Of a DNA stretch of 64,000 nucleotides, positions 49,650-59,769 are shown in pieces. The DNA comes from Minisyncoccota bacterium. Lineage in GTDB: Bacteria > Patescibacteriota > Minisyncoccia > UBA6257 > 2-01-FULL-56-20. The stretch covers positions 94,477 through 158,476 of the forward strand of contig DATKNL010000010.1 of assembly GCA_035541435.1 (NCBI GenBank). Reading direction: 5' to 3'. Below the pieces are notes generated by a model. It ran no database searches and had not been told where the DNA came from. It saw nothing but the letters and a program-made list of their open reading frames with translations. Both the position numbers and the translations under genes were made by a program. Numbering within the stretch: position 1 is the first letter of the stretch; each line of letters starts with the position of its first letter.

Positions 49650-51173
49650 TCAGAGGAACCCAGGGAAGAAGTCGGTTTCGATCTGCGCGAGCGGGATGCC
49701 GAGCTCCCGGAGTGTCTTCTTGAATCCCGAGACCATCGCTTCGGTTCCTGAAATGTAAAAGATGCGCTCGCGGTAGTCGGGGACCGTGCGGCGGATGAGG
49801 TCGGCGTCGATGCGCCCCTTCACGCCGTTGTGCGCGGGCGCCGGCTCTCCCTCACCCGTGACGACATAGACCGTGCGCAGGCCCCAGCCCGTTTCGGCCT
49901 CGTCGAAGATCTCTTTATAGGAGATGTCGGCGTTCGTGCGGTTCGAATAGAGGAGGACGGCGTCGCGCCGGCCCCCGGAATCGGAGATATGCTTCACCAT
50001 GCTTCGGAACGGGGTGATGCCGATGCCTCCGGCGACGAAGACGAGTTTTTTCGACAGGTCGTCCGGCAGGGTGAAGTCCCCGGCGAGCTGTCCCGCAAAG
50101 ATCGGGTCGCCGGGCTTCATGGCGAGCATGCGTTTCTTGAAACTGCTCGAATTGTCATAGAACCGGACACCGAGGCGCACGTTCGGTTCGGTGGGCGACG
50201 ACGCGATGGTGAAATAGCGGCGGTTGCCGCGCGAATCGATGAGCTCGTGCGCGAGCGTCCATTCGAGATATTGTCCCGGGCGGAACGAAAGCCCCTTGAC
50301 CGGCTCGAACGAGAAATCATAGATGTCGGCGCTTACGGCCTTCTTTTCGCGTAGCACGAAGCGATATTTTCGCTTGGGGCTCACGAGATAGGCGAAGACG
50401 TTGCCGACGAGGAGCGCAAGTTCGGGAATCGAATAGACCGGGCCGATGTGGATATAGGGAGAATAGAGCGCGCCCACGAGCACGGCATAGGCGATGCGGA
50501 GGGAGCGCGTTGGCGGCGTTGTGAGCGGCTCGGTGAGCATGATGAACGCGAAGAAGAAGAGGGGCGTGTGAAGGGCGAGGCGTTCAAGCGTGCCTGCGGG
50601 ATCGAAGAGGGGGCTGAGCGCGATGCAGCTTATGGCCGCCGCGCCCAGGAACGGCAGGACGAGGTCGAACCGCTGGATCTTGCGGACGACGAGGAGCCCG
50701 CCCACGAGGACGAACGGGAGCATGGGCAGGTTGCCGCCGACCCACCAGCTCGCATAGTCACCGAGCGCGAATGCCGTGACGACGACCGCGAGCGCCGCCG
50801 GATTGAAGACGTGCTTCTTCCCGATGGCGAGGAGGTATTTCGAAGCCATCCCGACGACGGCTGCGGCGGCGAGGAACGTGACGCCCGCCAGGCTGTTGGG
50901 CGATGCCGGCGGAACGATGAGGGCGAGGATGAGCGCCGTGATATAGGTCGATTCGTGGTTCGGATGCGCGTCGAAGATCTTTGCGAAAAGCGCGTTCGCA
51001 AGCCATGAAAGCACGATGAGGAAGAGCGTCGAGAAGACGAGCGCCGTCGGATCCACCGGGACCCAATGGACGGCCCCGAAGATGGCGCCCAGCGCGACGA
51101 AGGCAATGAGGACATACAGCACGAGGCGGTACATCGTGATCCTGTTGAGCAGCCGGTCTATGAAGTCAATCAT
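49650..51173 (-). CDS. Membrane oxidoreductase with an N-terminal RnfD/NqrB-like polytopic domain fused to an FNR-type FAD/NAD(P)-binding reductase domain.
   Basis: The N-terminal helices carry VFNPAALAV (the RnfD/NqrB FNPA motif). The C-terminus has RYFTIASSP (RxYS FAD-binding) and GGIGITPF (NAD-binding). Confidence 0.65.
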   Translation of the reverse strand: MIDFIDRLLNRITMYRLVLYVLIAFVALGAIFGAVHWVPVDPTALVFSTLFLIVLSWLANALFAKIFDAHPNHESTYITALILALIVPPASPNSLAGVTFLAAAAVVGMASKYLLAIGKKHVFNPAALAVVVTAFALGDYASWWVGGNLPMLPFVLVGGLLVVRKIQRFDLVLPFLGAAAISCIALSPLFDPAGTLERLALHTPLFFFAFIMLTEPLTTPPTRSLRIAYAVLVGALYSPYIHIGPVYSIPELALLVGNVFAYLVSPKRKYRFVLREKKAVSADIYDFSFEPVKGLSFRPGQYLEWTLAHELIDSRGNRRYFTIASSPTEPNVRLGVRFYDNSSSFKKRMLAMKPGDPIFAGQLAGDFTLPDDLSKKLVFVAGGIGITPFRSMVKHISDSGGRRDAVLLYSNRTNADISYKEIFDEAETGWGLRTVYVVTGEGEPAPAHNGVKGRIDADLIRRTVPDYRERIFYISGTEAMVSGFKKTLRELGIPLAQIETDFFPGFL

Positions 51174-51197
51174 CGTTTAAGGAATTTTTAATGAATG

Positions 51198-51941
51198 CTA
51201 CGCGGCCGCGAACCGTTCGAACCCGCTCGTCATGACGGCCTGCCGGTCGTTCCGGATCATGTAGGTTTCGAATCCGGGCAGCGATTCGACGAACGCTGCG
51301 GCATCGGTGCCCATGGCAAACGCCGCCGTCGCGATCCGGTCGGCCTCATAGACGTTCGGGCCGATGACTGTGAGGCTTGCGATGTCCTCGGCGGGTTTTC
51401 GCGTCAGGGGATTATAGATGTGCGGGCCCCTGACATAGGTACCCGAGGTCGCGACGCCTTCGCCGGTCACCTTCACTATTTTGACATGTTCATCCTGGTT
51501 CCAGGGATTCTTGATGCCGACGCTCCACGATTCGCCTTCGGCATTCCGGCCGTGGGGCTGGATGTCGCCCCCGGCGTCGACATAGAAATCTGCAAATCCG
51601 GCCTTGAGGATGAGCTGGGCCGCGTTCCATATGGACCAGCCTTTCACGAGTCCCGAGGGATCGAGCCTGCCTTCGGGCGTGCGGATGTCGAAGAATCCCC
51701 GTGTGAGCTGCTTCGTCTCTTCGGAAAGCATGAGCACGAGCCGCATCTCGGGGCTCGCATCTTCGGGCGCGAGGCGTCCGCTGTTGATCGCGCTGATCTC
51801 GCTCGTCTCTTTATAGGTGCTGAATGTCTCGTCGATATGCGTGAAATAATCGAACACGCGGTCGAAGATTTTTTCGCCCGCGCGGGGATCGGCGATTTCG
51901 AGTGAGATGGGCATGCCCATGAGGAATCGTGTCTGTTTCAT
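51198..51941 (-). CDS. apbE: FAD:protein FMN transferase (ApbE family).
   Basis: The sequence reads FLMGMPISLEIAD...YVDAGGDI...VATSGTY, the ApbE signature. Confidence 0.8.
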   Translation of the reverse strand: MKQTRFLMGMPISLEIADPRAGEKIFDRVFDYFTHIDETFSTYKETSEISAINSGRLAPEDASPEMRLVLMLSEETKQLTRGFFDIRTPEGRLDPSGLVKGWSIWNAAQLILKAGFADFYVDAGGDIQPHGRNAEGESWSVGIKNPWNQDEHVKIVKVTGEGVATSGTYVRGPHIYNPLTRKPAEDIASLTVIGPNVYEADRIATAAFAMGTDAAAFVESLPGFETYMIRNDRQAVMTSGFERFAAA

Positions 51942-51983
51942 GGGTGGGATCGCTCACGGCTCGCGCCGGCCGGCGCCGATAGG

Positions 51984-52529
51984 TCAGACTTTCGCCTGGG
52001 CGAGCGCCGAAGCGAGCGACTGCTGGAACGCCTGACTGTCCTGGGTTGCGCCCGAGACGATGTCGACCGTCGCGCTCTGGGCGGTGATGGCTTCCTGCTT
52101 GAGCTGCGGCAGCGCTTCGCGTGAAACTTCGGCCGTATGCCCGGGGTCGTTCGGATATTGCAGGAACTTCACGTCGGTCAGCTTGCCGCCGCTTATGACG
52201 GCCGAGACCTGGATGGTTCCATAGAACGCGTCGGCAGCCGTTCCGGTGTATGTTCCATTCTTATAGAGGCTGGTCGTTCCGGAGCCTGAGCCCGATCCAG
52301 ACCCGGTGCCGCCGGTGCCGGTGCCAGTGCCGCTTCCGCTACCGGTCCCCGTTGTTCCGGTTCCCGATGACGTTGCACCGCTGCCGCTGCCGGAAGGCGT
52401 CGGCGTGCTTGAGGGCTGACCGCCGCCGGTTGTCGCGACGTTGCTATTCCGTTGCGATGAGAAGATGGCATATCCCGCAATGACGACGACGGCGATGATG
52501 GCCAGAACGTATTTCCAGGCGTTTTTCAT
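51984..52529 (-). CDS. Membrane-anchored FMN-binding domain protein with a flavinylation motif.
   Basis: It has an N-terminal TM, a Gly/Ser/Thr-rich linker and an FMN_bind-like domain ending in DIVSGATQDSQAF. This is the D-x-x-[ST]-G-A-T motif recognised by ApbE. Confidence 0.7.
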   Translation of the reverse strand: MKNAWKYVLAIIAVVVIAGYAIFSSQRNSNVATTGGGQPSSTPTPSGSGSGATSSGTGTTGTGSGSGTGTGTGGTGSGSGSGSGTTSLYKNGTYTGTAADAFYGTIQVSAVISGGKLTDVKFLQYPNDPGHTAEVSREALPQLKQEAITAQSATVDIVSGATQDSQAFQQSLASALAQAKV

Positions 52530-52634
52530 GGGGTTTGATCGTGATGCGACGTTTCGACGTCCTTATAATACGGCGGACGGACGAGTTTTGGTTCTCGTAA
52601 GGGATTATAGCAGATCGATGCGGAGTTCTCTATA

Positions 52635-54617
52635 ATGAGAGCCATGCAGCAGCAACCGGGTCCCGCCATCGACCCCGCCGCGCTCGACCATTCCGTCAAG
52701 CCGTCGGACGACTTCTTTCATTATGTGAACAGTTCCTGGATCGCCTCGCATCCCATTCCGCCGACCGAGGCGCGATGGGGGTCGTTCTATGTGCTTCGCG
52801 TCGAAGTCGAAGAGCAGTTGAAGAAGATCTTCGAGGAGCTCGCGTCGATGCCCGCCGACAAGCTTGGCGAGGAAGGGCGCAAGGTGAGGGATTTCTATGC
52901 GAGCGGCATGGATGTCGAAAAGCTGAATGCGGTAAAGGACGGGGCCCTGGGGACCGTCATGCAGGAAGTGAACGGCATCGCGAACCTGAGCGATCTCGTG
53001 AGGGTCGTCGCGTTCCTGCATCACCGCGGCATTCGCGCGTGGTGGAACTGGAGCGCCGAACCCGACGCCAAGGCGAGCGACGTCATGGCGCTCTATCTTT
53101 CCCAGAGCGGGCTCAGCCTTCCCGACAGGGATTACTATCTGAAGGACGACGAGAAGAGCGCCGAGATCCGGAAAAAATATGCCGACTATGCGGCGGGTCT
53201 TGCCGGGATGTCGGAATGGATGGCCGCGGACGGTCCGTTCCTCAAGCCGATCCGCGACATCGAGACGGAACTCGCCAAGGCGTCGATGACGCGGGTCGAA
53301 TTGCGCGACATCGAGAAGCAGTACAACAAGATGTCGCCCGCCGAGCTCGCGGCCATCACCCCGCACGTGGACTGGGGGACGTATTGGGCCGAGATCGGCA
53401 TTGCGCCGCCGCCCTATGTCATTGTGTGCCAGCCGGAGTTCATGAAGGCGACCGACCGCATCCTTGCCGAAACGCCCATCGAGACCCTGAAGGCCTATCT
53501 GCGTTGGCATGTGCTCAACAATCTCGCCGGTTTTCTCGGTGAGGAATTCGAGAAGCGCCCGTTCGATTTCTATGCGCGCACGTTCGGGGGCGCGACCGAA
53601 ATGAAGCCGCGGTGGCGGCGCGTGTCGGGCATGGTGAACTCCCTGCTTGATCATGCCGTCGGCCGGCTGTACGTCGAGCGGTATTTCAGCCCCGAAGCCA
53701 AGGCGCGCATCGGCGCCCTCGTCGACCACCTCACCGAAGCCTATCGCACCCGCATCAGGAATCTCGACTGGATGAGCGACGAGACCAAGAAGAAGGCTTT
53801 GGGGAAGCTCGACATGGTTGCGCGCAAACTCGGCTTCCCTGAGCCGTGGAAGGACATCGCCGCGATGACGATCGGGCCGGATTCATATGTCGAAAATTAC
53901 ATGCGCGCCAACATGTTCGAAAGCGACCGCATGTCGCAGAAGGTGGGCAAGCCCGTCGATCGAACCGAGTGGTATATGTCGCCCCAGACCGTGAACGCCT
54001 ATTATTCGCAGCTCATGAACGACATCGTGTTCCCCGCCGCCATCCTGCAGCCGCCCTTCTTCTATCCCGAAGGCGACGACGGCGTGAATTTCGGAGGGAT
54101 CGGCAGCGTGATCGGCCACGAGCTCACGCATGGGTTTGACGACAAAGGATCGCTCTTCGACGGCAAGGGCAACCTGCTTCATTGGTGGACGCCGCAAGAC
54201 CGCGAGCGGTTCGAGAAGAAGGCCGCGATGCTTGCCGAGCAGTTCGACCGTTATGAGCCCCTGCCGGGACTTCATGTAAACGGCAAGCTGACCCTCGGCG
54301 AGAACATCGCCGACCTCGGAGGGCTGCTCATCGCCTATGACGGGCTCATGCTTGCGCTTCGGGACAATCCCGCCGCCAACGTCGCGATCGACGGCCTCAC
54401 GCCCGTACAGCGGTTTTTCATCAACTATGCGATCACCGAGCGCTCAAGCGTCCGCGAGGAAAGCCTGCGTTCGCAGATCCAGACCGATCCGCATTCGCCC
54501 TCGGAATACCGGGTGAACGGACCGCTTTCGAACATGACGGCCTTTTATGAATCATTCGACTGCAAAAAGGGCGACGCCCTGTGGCGCGATCCCGAAGACA
54601 GGGTCAATATCTGGTAG
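52635..54617 (+). CDS. pepO: M13 family zinc metallopeptidase (PepO/neprilysin-like).
   Basis: It has HExxH (VIGHELTHGFDDKG) and a downstream ENIADLGG (E-x-x-x-D) motif. Confidence 0.8.
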   Translation: MRAMQQQPGPAIDPAALDHSVKPSDDFFHYVNSSWIASHPIPPTEARWGSFYVLRVEVEEQLKKIFEELASMPADKLGEEGRKVRDFYASGMDVEKLNAVKDGALGTVMQEVNGIANLSDLVRVVAFLHHRGIRAWWNWSAEPDAKASDVMALYLSQSGLSLPDRDYYLKDDEKSAEIRKKYADYAAGLAGMSEWMAADGPFLKPIRDIETELAKASMTRVELRDIEKQYNKMSPAELAAITPHVDWGTYWAEIGIAPPPYVIVCQPEFMKATDRILAETPIETLKAYLRWHVLNNLAGFLGEEFEKRPFDFYARTFGGATEMKPRWRRVSGMVNSLLDHAVGRLYVERYFSPEAKARIGALVDHLTEAYRTRIRNLDWMSDETKKKALGKLDMVARKLGFPEPWKDIAAMTIGPDSYVENYMRANMFESDRMSQKVGKPVDRTEWYMSPQTVNAYYSQLMNDIVFPAAILQPPFFYPEGDDGVNFGGIGSVIGHELTHGFDDKGSLFDGKGNLLHWWTPQDRERFEKKAAMLAEQFDRYEPLPGLHVNGKLTLGENIADLGGLLIAYDGLMLALRDNPAANVAIDGLTPVQRFFINYAITERSSVREESLRSQIQTDPHSPSEYRVNGPLSNMTAFYESFDCKKGDALWRDPEDRVNIW

Positions 54618-54716
54618 CGTTGAACGGACGGACGGCCGACCGCGGATTTCTTTAAGGGAAATTTAATGAGGGATATGGACAATGGTTAGGGTCGACCATT
54701 AACCAATCCTTTTCAT

Positions 54717-55829
54717 ATGAAACGGTTCTTCGCCGCCCTGGCGGCACTCGTGGTTTTCGCTGCCGCAACGCCGTTCGCAAAGGCCGATTATCATTTCGCC
54801 GACTTCATGGGATCGCCGCCGATCCACGTGTTCAGGTCGGCGCAGAAGACGCCCGTGGGGCTCACTCCGCTCGAGGTGAAGCATATCTATCATCTGCCAC
54901 TTGCGGGCGGGGCGAGCAGCACGATCGTCCTCATCGAGGCCTACGACGATCCGACCGTTGAGGCGGACCTCGCTTCGTTCGACGATGCCTTCGGATTGCC
55001 CGCATGCACGTCCAAGAACGGATGTTTCGAGAAGCACGTCATGGCCGCCGGTTTGAAAACCGATGCCGGATGGGCGCTCGAGACCGCCCTCGATGTCGAA
55101 TGGGCCCATGCGATCGCGCCGCAGGCGAAGATCCTCGTGATCGAAGCCAAGACCCAGAGCGGCGCAAACCTATTGAGGGCGGTTGACTATGCAGCGGCGC
55201 GGAGCGACGTGACCGCGGTATCGATGAGCTGGGGTGGCCGTGAGTTCCGCGAAGAGACGTCCCTCGACAATCATTTCGTCGGCAGCCATCCCGAGGCGTT
55301 TTTCGCTGCCGCCGGGGATCGGGGAGCGGGGGCGAGCTGGCCCGCCGCATCGCCGAACGTGATCGGGGTCGGCGGCACATCGCTCGAGATCCTGAAGGAC
55401 GGCACGCTGGTTTCGGAATCGGCGTGGGAAGGGAGCGGAGGCGGCGTGAGCGCCTATGAGCCCGAAACGGGCTTCGAGCGCGCGTACGACATTCCGAAAG
55501 CCGGCGGCCACCGGGCGATTCCCGACGTCGCCTACGACGCCGATCCGAAGTCGGGATTCGCCGTCTATAGGTCGAGCGGCGCGTCGAAGAACGGTTGGTA
55601 TGTGGTCGGCGGCACCTCGGCCGGTGCGCCGCAATGGGCCGCGATCTTCGCCATCGGCCGTTCAGCGACGCTGAAGAATCTTTATACCGACAAAGCTTCC
55701 GCGAATCCGCTGAGTTACTTCAGGGATATCACGAGCGGCTCGAACGGGACGTGCCAATATTATTGCGATGCGCGCAAGCGATATGACTATGTGACCGGCC
55801 TCGGCGTACCGATCACGACGAAATTCTAA
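54717..55829 (+). CDS. Secreted S8/S53 (subtilisin/sedolisin-like) serine peptidase.
   Basis: It has a signal peptide and the catalytic Ser context GGTSAGAPQWAAI. Confidence 0.65.
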   Translation: MKRFFAALAALVVFAAATPFAKADYHFADFMGSPPIHVFRSAQKTPVGLTPLEVKHIYHLPLAGGASSTIVLIEAYDDPTVEADLASFDDAFGLPACTSKNGCFEKHVMAAGLKTDAGWALETALDVEWAHAIAPQAKILVIEAKTQSGANLLRAVDYAAARSDVTAVSMSWGGREFREETSLDNHFVGSHPEAFFAAAGDRGAGASWPAASPNVIGVGGTSLEILKDGTLVSESAWEGSGGGVSAYEPETGFERAYDIPKAGGHRAIPDVAYDADPKSGFAVYRSSGASKNGWYVVGGTSAGAPQWAAIFAIGRSATLKNLYTDKASANPLSYFRDITSGSNGTCQYYCDARKRYDYVTGLGVPITTKF

Positions 55830-55861
55830 ATGTTAAAAAATCATTAAAGCATCATTGACCT

Positions 55862-56338
55862 ATGGACCTCTTGGAATACGATGACGAGATGACGGGTGAG
55901 ATCATGGATGCGATAGAGAACCTGGCGCTCATGACCCAGCGCGAGTTCGTCGCTTTGCGTGCGGAGATGCAGGAATTCAAAGAGGACCTCAAGCTTGAGC
56001 TCAAGGCCGAGCTGAAGGCCGAGCTGCGGGCGGAGTTCAAGGCCGACATCAGGACCGAGCTGCGGCCGGAGCTCCTTGCCGAATTCCAGGCGGCCCTGAA
56101 TGCGCTGAAGGCCGAACTGCACGAGGAGCTCTATAGCGGATTCACAGTCCTGCGCAACAAGATTGATGGGGATATCGCGAGCCTGCGGCATGAGACGGCG
56201 CTCGGATTCGCGGGCATGAGGAGCGAGGCCGACGAGATTCGGCAGGAAATGAGGGTCGGATTTGCCGCCGTCAGCTCGATTCTGAGCGATCACGAATGCC
56301 GGACGGAACGGCTCGAGAAAAACACCGATTTTACCTGA
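55862..56338 (+). CDS. Hypothetical coiled-coil protein with tandem ELKAELRAEF-type heptad repeats.
   Basis: It is a 158-aa ORF reading LKLELKAELKAELRAEFKADIRTELRPELLAEFQAAL. Confidence 0.4.
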   Translation: MDLLEYDDEMTGEIMDAIENLALMTQREFVALRAEMQEFKEDLKLELKAELKAELRAEFKADIRTELRPELLAEFQAALNALKAELHEELYSGFTVLRNKIDGDIASLRHETALGFAGMRSEADEIRQEMRVGFAAVSSILSDHECRTERLEKNTDFT

Positions 56339-56410
56339 GGTTTAGGGCGTCGGAACCTTGCGGGGCTGGGTGGAAATATTGCGGGAAATCTGCTAAAATA
56401 GACCTATCGC

Positions 56411-58465
56411 ATGCCTCAGCAAACTTCGAAAAACCAGGGCAGCGCGTCATACGGTGCCAAGGATATCTATGTCCTTGAAGGGTTGGAGCCGGTCCGCAAG
56501 CGGCCGGGAATGTACATCGGTTCGACCGGATCGATCGGCCTGCATCACCTGATCTGGGAGGTCGTCGACAACTCGATCGACGAGGCGATGGCGGGCTTCG
56601 CGAAGAACGTCACCGTCGAGCTTTTGCCCGAGAACAAGGTGGCGGTCACCGACGACGGACGCGGCATTCCCGTCGAAGTCCACCCGCAGACCAAGAAGTC
56701 GACGCTCGAGACGGTGCTCACGACGCTTCACGCGGGCGGCAAGTTCGGCGGCGAGTCATACAAGGTGTCCGGCGGCCTTCACGGCGTCGGCGTTTCGGTC
56801 GTGAACGCGCTGTCGGAATGGACGAAAGTCGAAGTCGAGCGCGACGGCGGCATGTTCGTGCAGGAATACGAACGGGGCAAGCCGAAGTTCAAGGTCAAGA
56901 AGGTGGGCGCATCGAAGCGGCACGGCACCAAGGTGACGTTCTCGCCCGATCCGCAGATTTTTTCCGAGCTTGAATTCAACGACAAGACGATCATCGAGCA
57001 CCTGCGGCAGCAGGCCTATCTCACGAAGGGCGTCCGCCTCAACATCATCGACCGCCGGCCGAGCGTGCCGCTCTTCTATTCCTTCTATTTCGAAGGAGGC
57101 GTTTTGTCGTTCGTGAAGTTCCTCGCGCAGAAGAAGAACCAGCTTCACGAGGATATTTTCTATGTCGAGAAGGAGAATCAGAACATCGACATCGAATGCG
57201 CGTTCATGTACGTCGACGATACGCGGACGCAGGAAATGAGTTTTGCGAACAACATCTATACCCCCGAAGGCGGCATGCATCTCACCGGATTCCGTTCGGC
57301 GCTCACGCGCACGCTCAACAACTACGCGCGCGCCGAGGGCTATCTGAAAGAGAAAGAGGAAAACCTGACGAGCGACGACGTGCGCGAGGGCCAGATCGTG
57401 GTCCTTTCGGTAAAGCTGCGCGAGCCGCAGTTCGAAGGGCAGACGAAGGCCAAGCTCGGCAACCCTGAGGCGCGTACGGCGACCGAGGCGGTCATCAACG
57501 AGGCCCTCAAGGAGTTCCTCGAGAAGCATCCGTCCGAGGCCAGGGCGATCATCGCGAAGGTGATCCTCACCGCGAAGGCCCGCCTAGCCGCCCGGGCCGC
57601 GCGCGAGACCGTGCTGCGCAAGGGCGCGTTCGAAGGGCTGACGCTGCCGGGCAAGCTTGCGGACTGCACCTCGAAGAGCGCCGAAGAGTCCGAACTTTTC
57701 ATCGTGGAGGGGGACTCCGCCGGCGGAACGGCGAAGCAGGGGCGCAACCGCCACACCCAGGCCATCCTGCCGCTGCGTGGAAAGCCGCTCAACGTCGAGC
57801 GGGTGCATCTCGACAAGATGCTCGCGAACGCAGAGATCCGTTCGCTCGTCATCGCGATCGGCACCGCGATCGGCGAGGAATTCAACATGGAGAAGCTCCG
57901 CTATCACAAGATCGTCATCATGACCGATGCCGATGTCGATGGCGCGCACATCAGGACGCTGCTCCTCACGCTGTTCTATCGCCACTTCCGCGGCGTGGTT
58001 GACGGCGGCTATGTCTATATCGCCCAGCCGCCGCTCTATCGCATCCAGCTCGGCAAGGCCGTTCACTATGCGTTTTCGGATGCGGAACGCGACAAGATCA
58101 TCGCTGAGCTGCAGAAGGACGCGTCCGCGAAGGCCGCCGGCAAGGCCGCGAAGAAGAAGGCCGCCGAAACCGACATCGTGACCGAAGAGGACGAGGCGAG
58201 CGGCATCGAGGGCGAGGCCGCGGCGGTCGGCGGCGACGGCAAGCGGCAGCCGAACATCCAGCGCTACAAGGGTCTCGGCGAGATGAACGCCGAGCAGCTT
58301 TGGGAAACGACGATGAATCCCGAAAACCGCATCATGAAGCAGGTGACGATCGAGGACGCCGAGGCGGCCGACAAGCTGTTCGACATCCTCATGGGCGACG
58401 CCGTGGAGCCGCGCAAGAATTTCATTCAGGCGCACGCGGCGACGGTGCAGAACCTCGACATCTAG
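56411..58465 (+). CDS. gyrB: DNA gyrase subunit B.
   Basis: It has a GHKL ATPase domain (LHHLIWEVVDNSIDEAMAG), a TOPRIM domain (ELFIVEGDSAGG) and the C-terminal tail PENRIMKQV. Confidence 0.93.
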   Translation: MPQQTSKNQGSASYGAKDIYVLEGLEPVRKRPGMYIGSTGSIGLHHLIWEVVDNSIDEAMAGFAKNVTVELLPENKVAVTDDGRGIPVEVHPQTKKSTLETVLTTLHAGGKFGGESYKVSGGLHGVGVSVVNALSEWTKVEVERDGGMFVQEYERGKPKFKVKKVGASKRHGTKVTFSPDPQIFSELEFNDKTIIEHLRQQAYLTKGVRLNIIDRRPSVPLFYSFYFEGGVLSFVKFLAQKKNQLHEDIFYVEKENQNIDIECAFMYVDDTRTQEMSFANNIYTPEGGMHLTGFRSALTRTLNNYARAEGYLKEKEENLTSDDVREGQIVVLSVKLREPQFEGQTKAKLGNPEARTATEAVINEALKEFLEKHPSEARAIIAKVILTAKARLAARAARETVLRKGAFEGLTLPGKLADCTSKSAEESELFIVEGDSAGGTAKQGRNRHTQAILPLRGKPLNVERVHLDKMLANAEIRSLVIAIGTAIGEEFNMEKLRYHKIVIMTDADVDGAHIRTLLLTLFYRHFRGVVDGGYVYIAQPPLYRIQLGKAVHYAFSDAERDKIIAELQKDASAKAAGKAAKKKAAETDIVTEEDEASGIEGEAAAVGGDGKRQPNIQRYKGLGEMNAEQLWETTMNPENRIMKQVTIEDAEAADKLFDILMGDAVEPRKNFIQAHAATVQNLDI

Positions 58466-58668
58466 CTTTTTGCCGGGGTTCTCAGGACCGGTGTCGCGCC
58501 GTGCTCGGCGCGCACCTGTCTCGCGACCGCCTGCGCGGTGGCCGCCTTGACTCAGTGTTCCATCCGTATTAAGCTAGTCTCATCTCCGAACCGCGAGTAT
58601 AGCGGTCTTTTATTTATAAAGGACATTGCGGATCGCGGCTTCCTGGGGTATAATCAACTTCTCAAACC

Positions 58669-58860
58669 ATGTTCGATCGCATCAAACGGTTTTTCGACGA
58701 GGCACGTCATGAGTTCCGCCACGTGAACTGGCCGACGCAGCAGGAGGCGATCCGCCTCACGGGCGTCGTGATCGGCATCTCGCTCGGCCTCGCCGTGTTC
58801 CTCGGCGCGTGCGACTATCTCTTCACCTACGTCATCCGCACGATCGTCATCAAGGCCTAA
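58669..58860 (+). CDS. secE: Preprotein translocase subunit SecE.
   Basis: It is 63 aa with FRHVNWPTQQEAIRLTGVVIGISLGLAVFLGACDYLF. It lies immediately upstream of nusG, the conserved arrangement. Confidence 0.75.
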   Translation: MFDRIKRFFDEARHEFRHVNWPTQQEAIRLTGVVIGISLGLAVFLGACDYLFTYVIRTIVIKA

Positions 58861-58871
58861 CACCAACCACC

Positions 58872-59444
58872 ATGGCTCTTACCGGTCCGCGCTCCGGCGC
58901 TCCCAGTGAAAAATCGCATACGAGGCAGTGGTACGCCGTCCAGACCTATTCGGGCTACGAAGAGGCCGTCGCGCGTTACCTGAAGCAGCGCGTCGAATCG
59001 CTCACGATGGGCGATAAGATCTTCAACGTGCTCGTGCCGAAAGAGAAGACGGTCAAGGTGAAGGGCGGCAAGCGCCAGACGATCGAAGAGAAGATCTATC
59101 CGGGATACGTGCTTGTCGAGATGATCCTCACCGAGGATTCGTGGTACGTTGTCCGCAACACGCCGCGCGTGACCGGCTTCGTCGGTCCCGACAACACGAC
59201 CCCGACCCCGCTTTCGAAGGAGGAGGTCGACGTGCTGCTCGCCCGCACGGGCCGCGACGAGAGCAAGATGCAGCTTGACCTTAAGGTCGGTGATCTGGTA
59301 AAAATAACCGACGGTCCGTTCAAGGAATATGACGGCAAAGTCGCCGAAGTGAACGAGGAGCGCGGCAGCGTGAAGGTGCTCGTCCCGATCTTCGGCCGCG
59401 ATACCGCCGTCGAGCTTGATTCCCTGCAGGTCCGCAAAGTCTAA
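58872..59444 (+). CDS. nusG: Transcription termination/antitermination factor NusG.
   Basis: It has an NGN domain (WYAVQTYSGYEEAV...GYVLVEM) and a KOW domain (GDLVKITDGPFKEYDGKVAEV). Confidence 0.88.
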   Translation: MALTGPRSGAPSEKSHTRQWYAVQTYSGYEEAVARYLKQRVESLTMGDKIFNVLVPKEKTVKVKGGKRQTIEEKIYPGYVLVEMILTEDSWYVVRNTPRVTGFVGPDNTTPTPLSKEEVDVLLARTGRDESKMQLDLKVGDLVKITDGPFKEYDGKVAEVNEERGSVKVLVPIFGRDTAVELDSLQVRKV

Positions 59445-59459
59445 CGATCCATCATCACC

Positions 59460-59663
59460 ATGAGCCAACAGTGCTTTTTCTGCTCGCAGAACCTCAAGAA
59501 CATCGATTATAAGGAGATCGAACTCCTGCGGCGTTTCGTTTCGAGCCAGGCGAAGATCATCGATCCGCGCCACACGAGCGTCTGCGCGAAGCATCAGCGC
59601 AAGCTTTCGCTCGCCGTGAAGCGCGCGCGCTTCATGGGGCTCCTCCCGTACGTGAGGAAATAA
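59460..59663 (+). CDS. rpsR: 30S ribosomal protein S18.
   Basis: The sequence reads IDYKEIELLRRFVSSQAKIIDPRHTSVCAKHQRKLSLAVKRARFMGLLPYV. Confidence 0.8.
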   Translation: MSQQCFFCSQNLKNIDYKEIELLRRFVSSQAKIIDPRHTSVCAKHQRKLSLAVKRARFMGLLPYVRK

Positions 59664-59769
59664 CCGCGACCGCGCAGCTTTTGAAAACCACGGCTCCGGC
59701 CGTGGTTTTTTTCGCTCAAGCGGGCGATGCGCCCGCTTTTAGCGCCCGCCTGATCTGCGGTACAATGAG

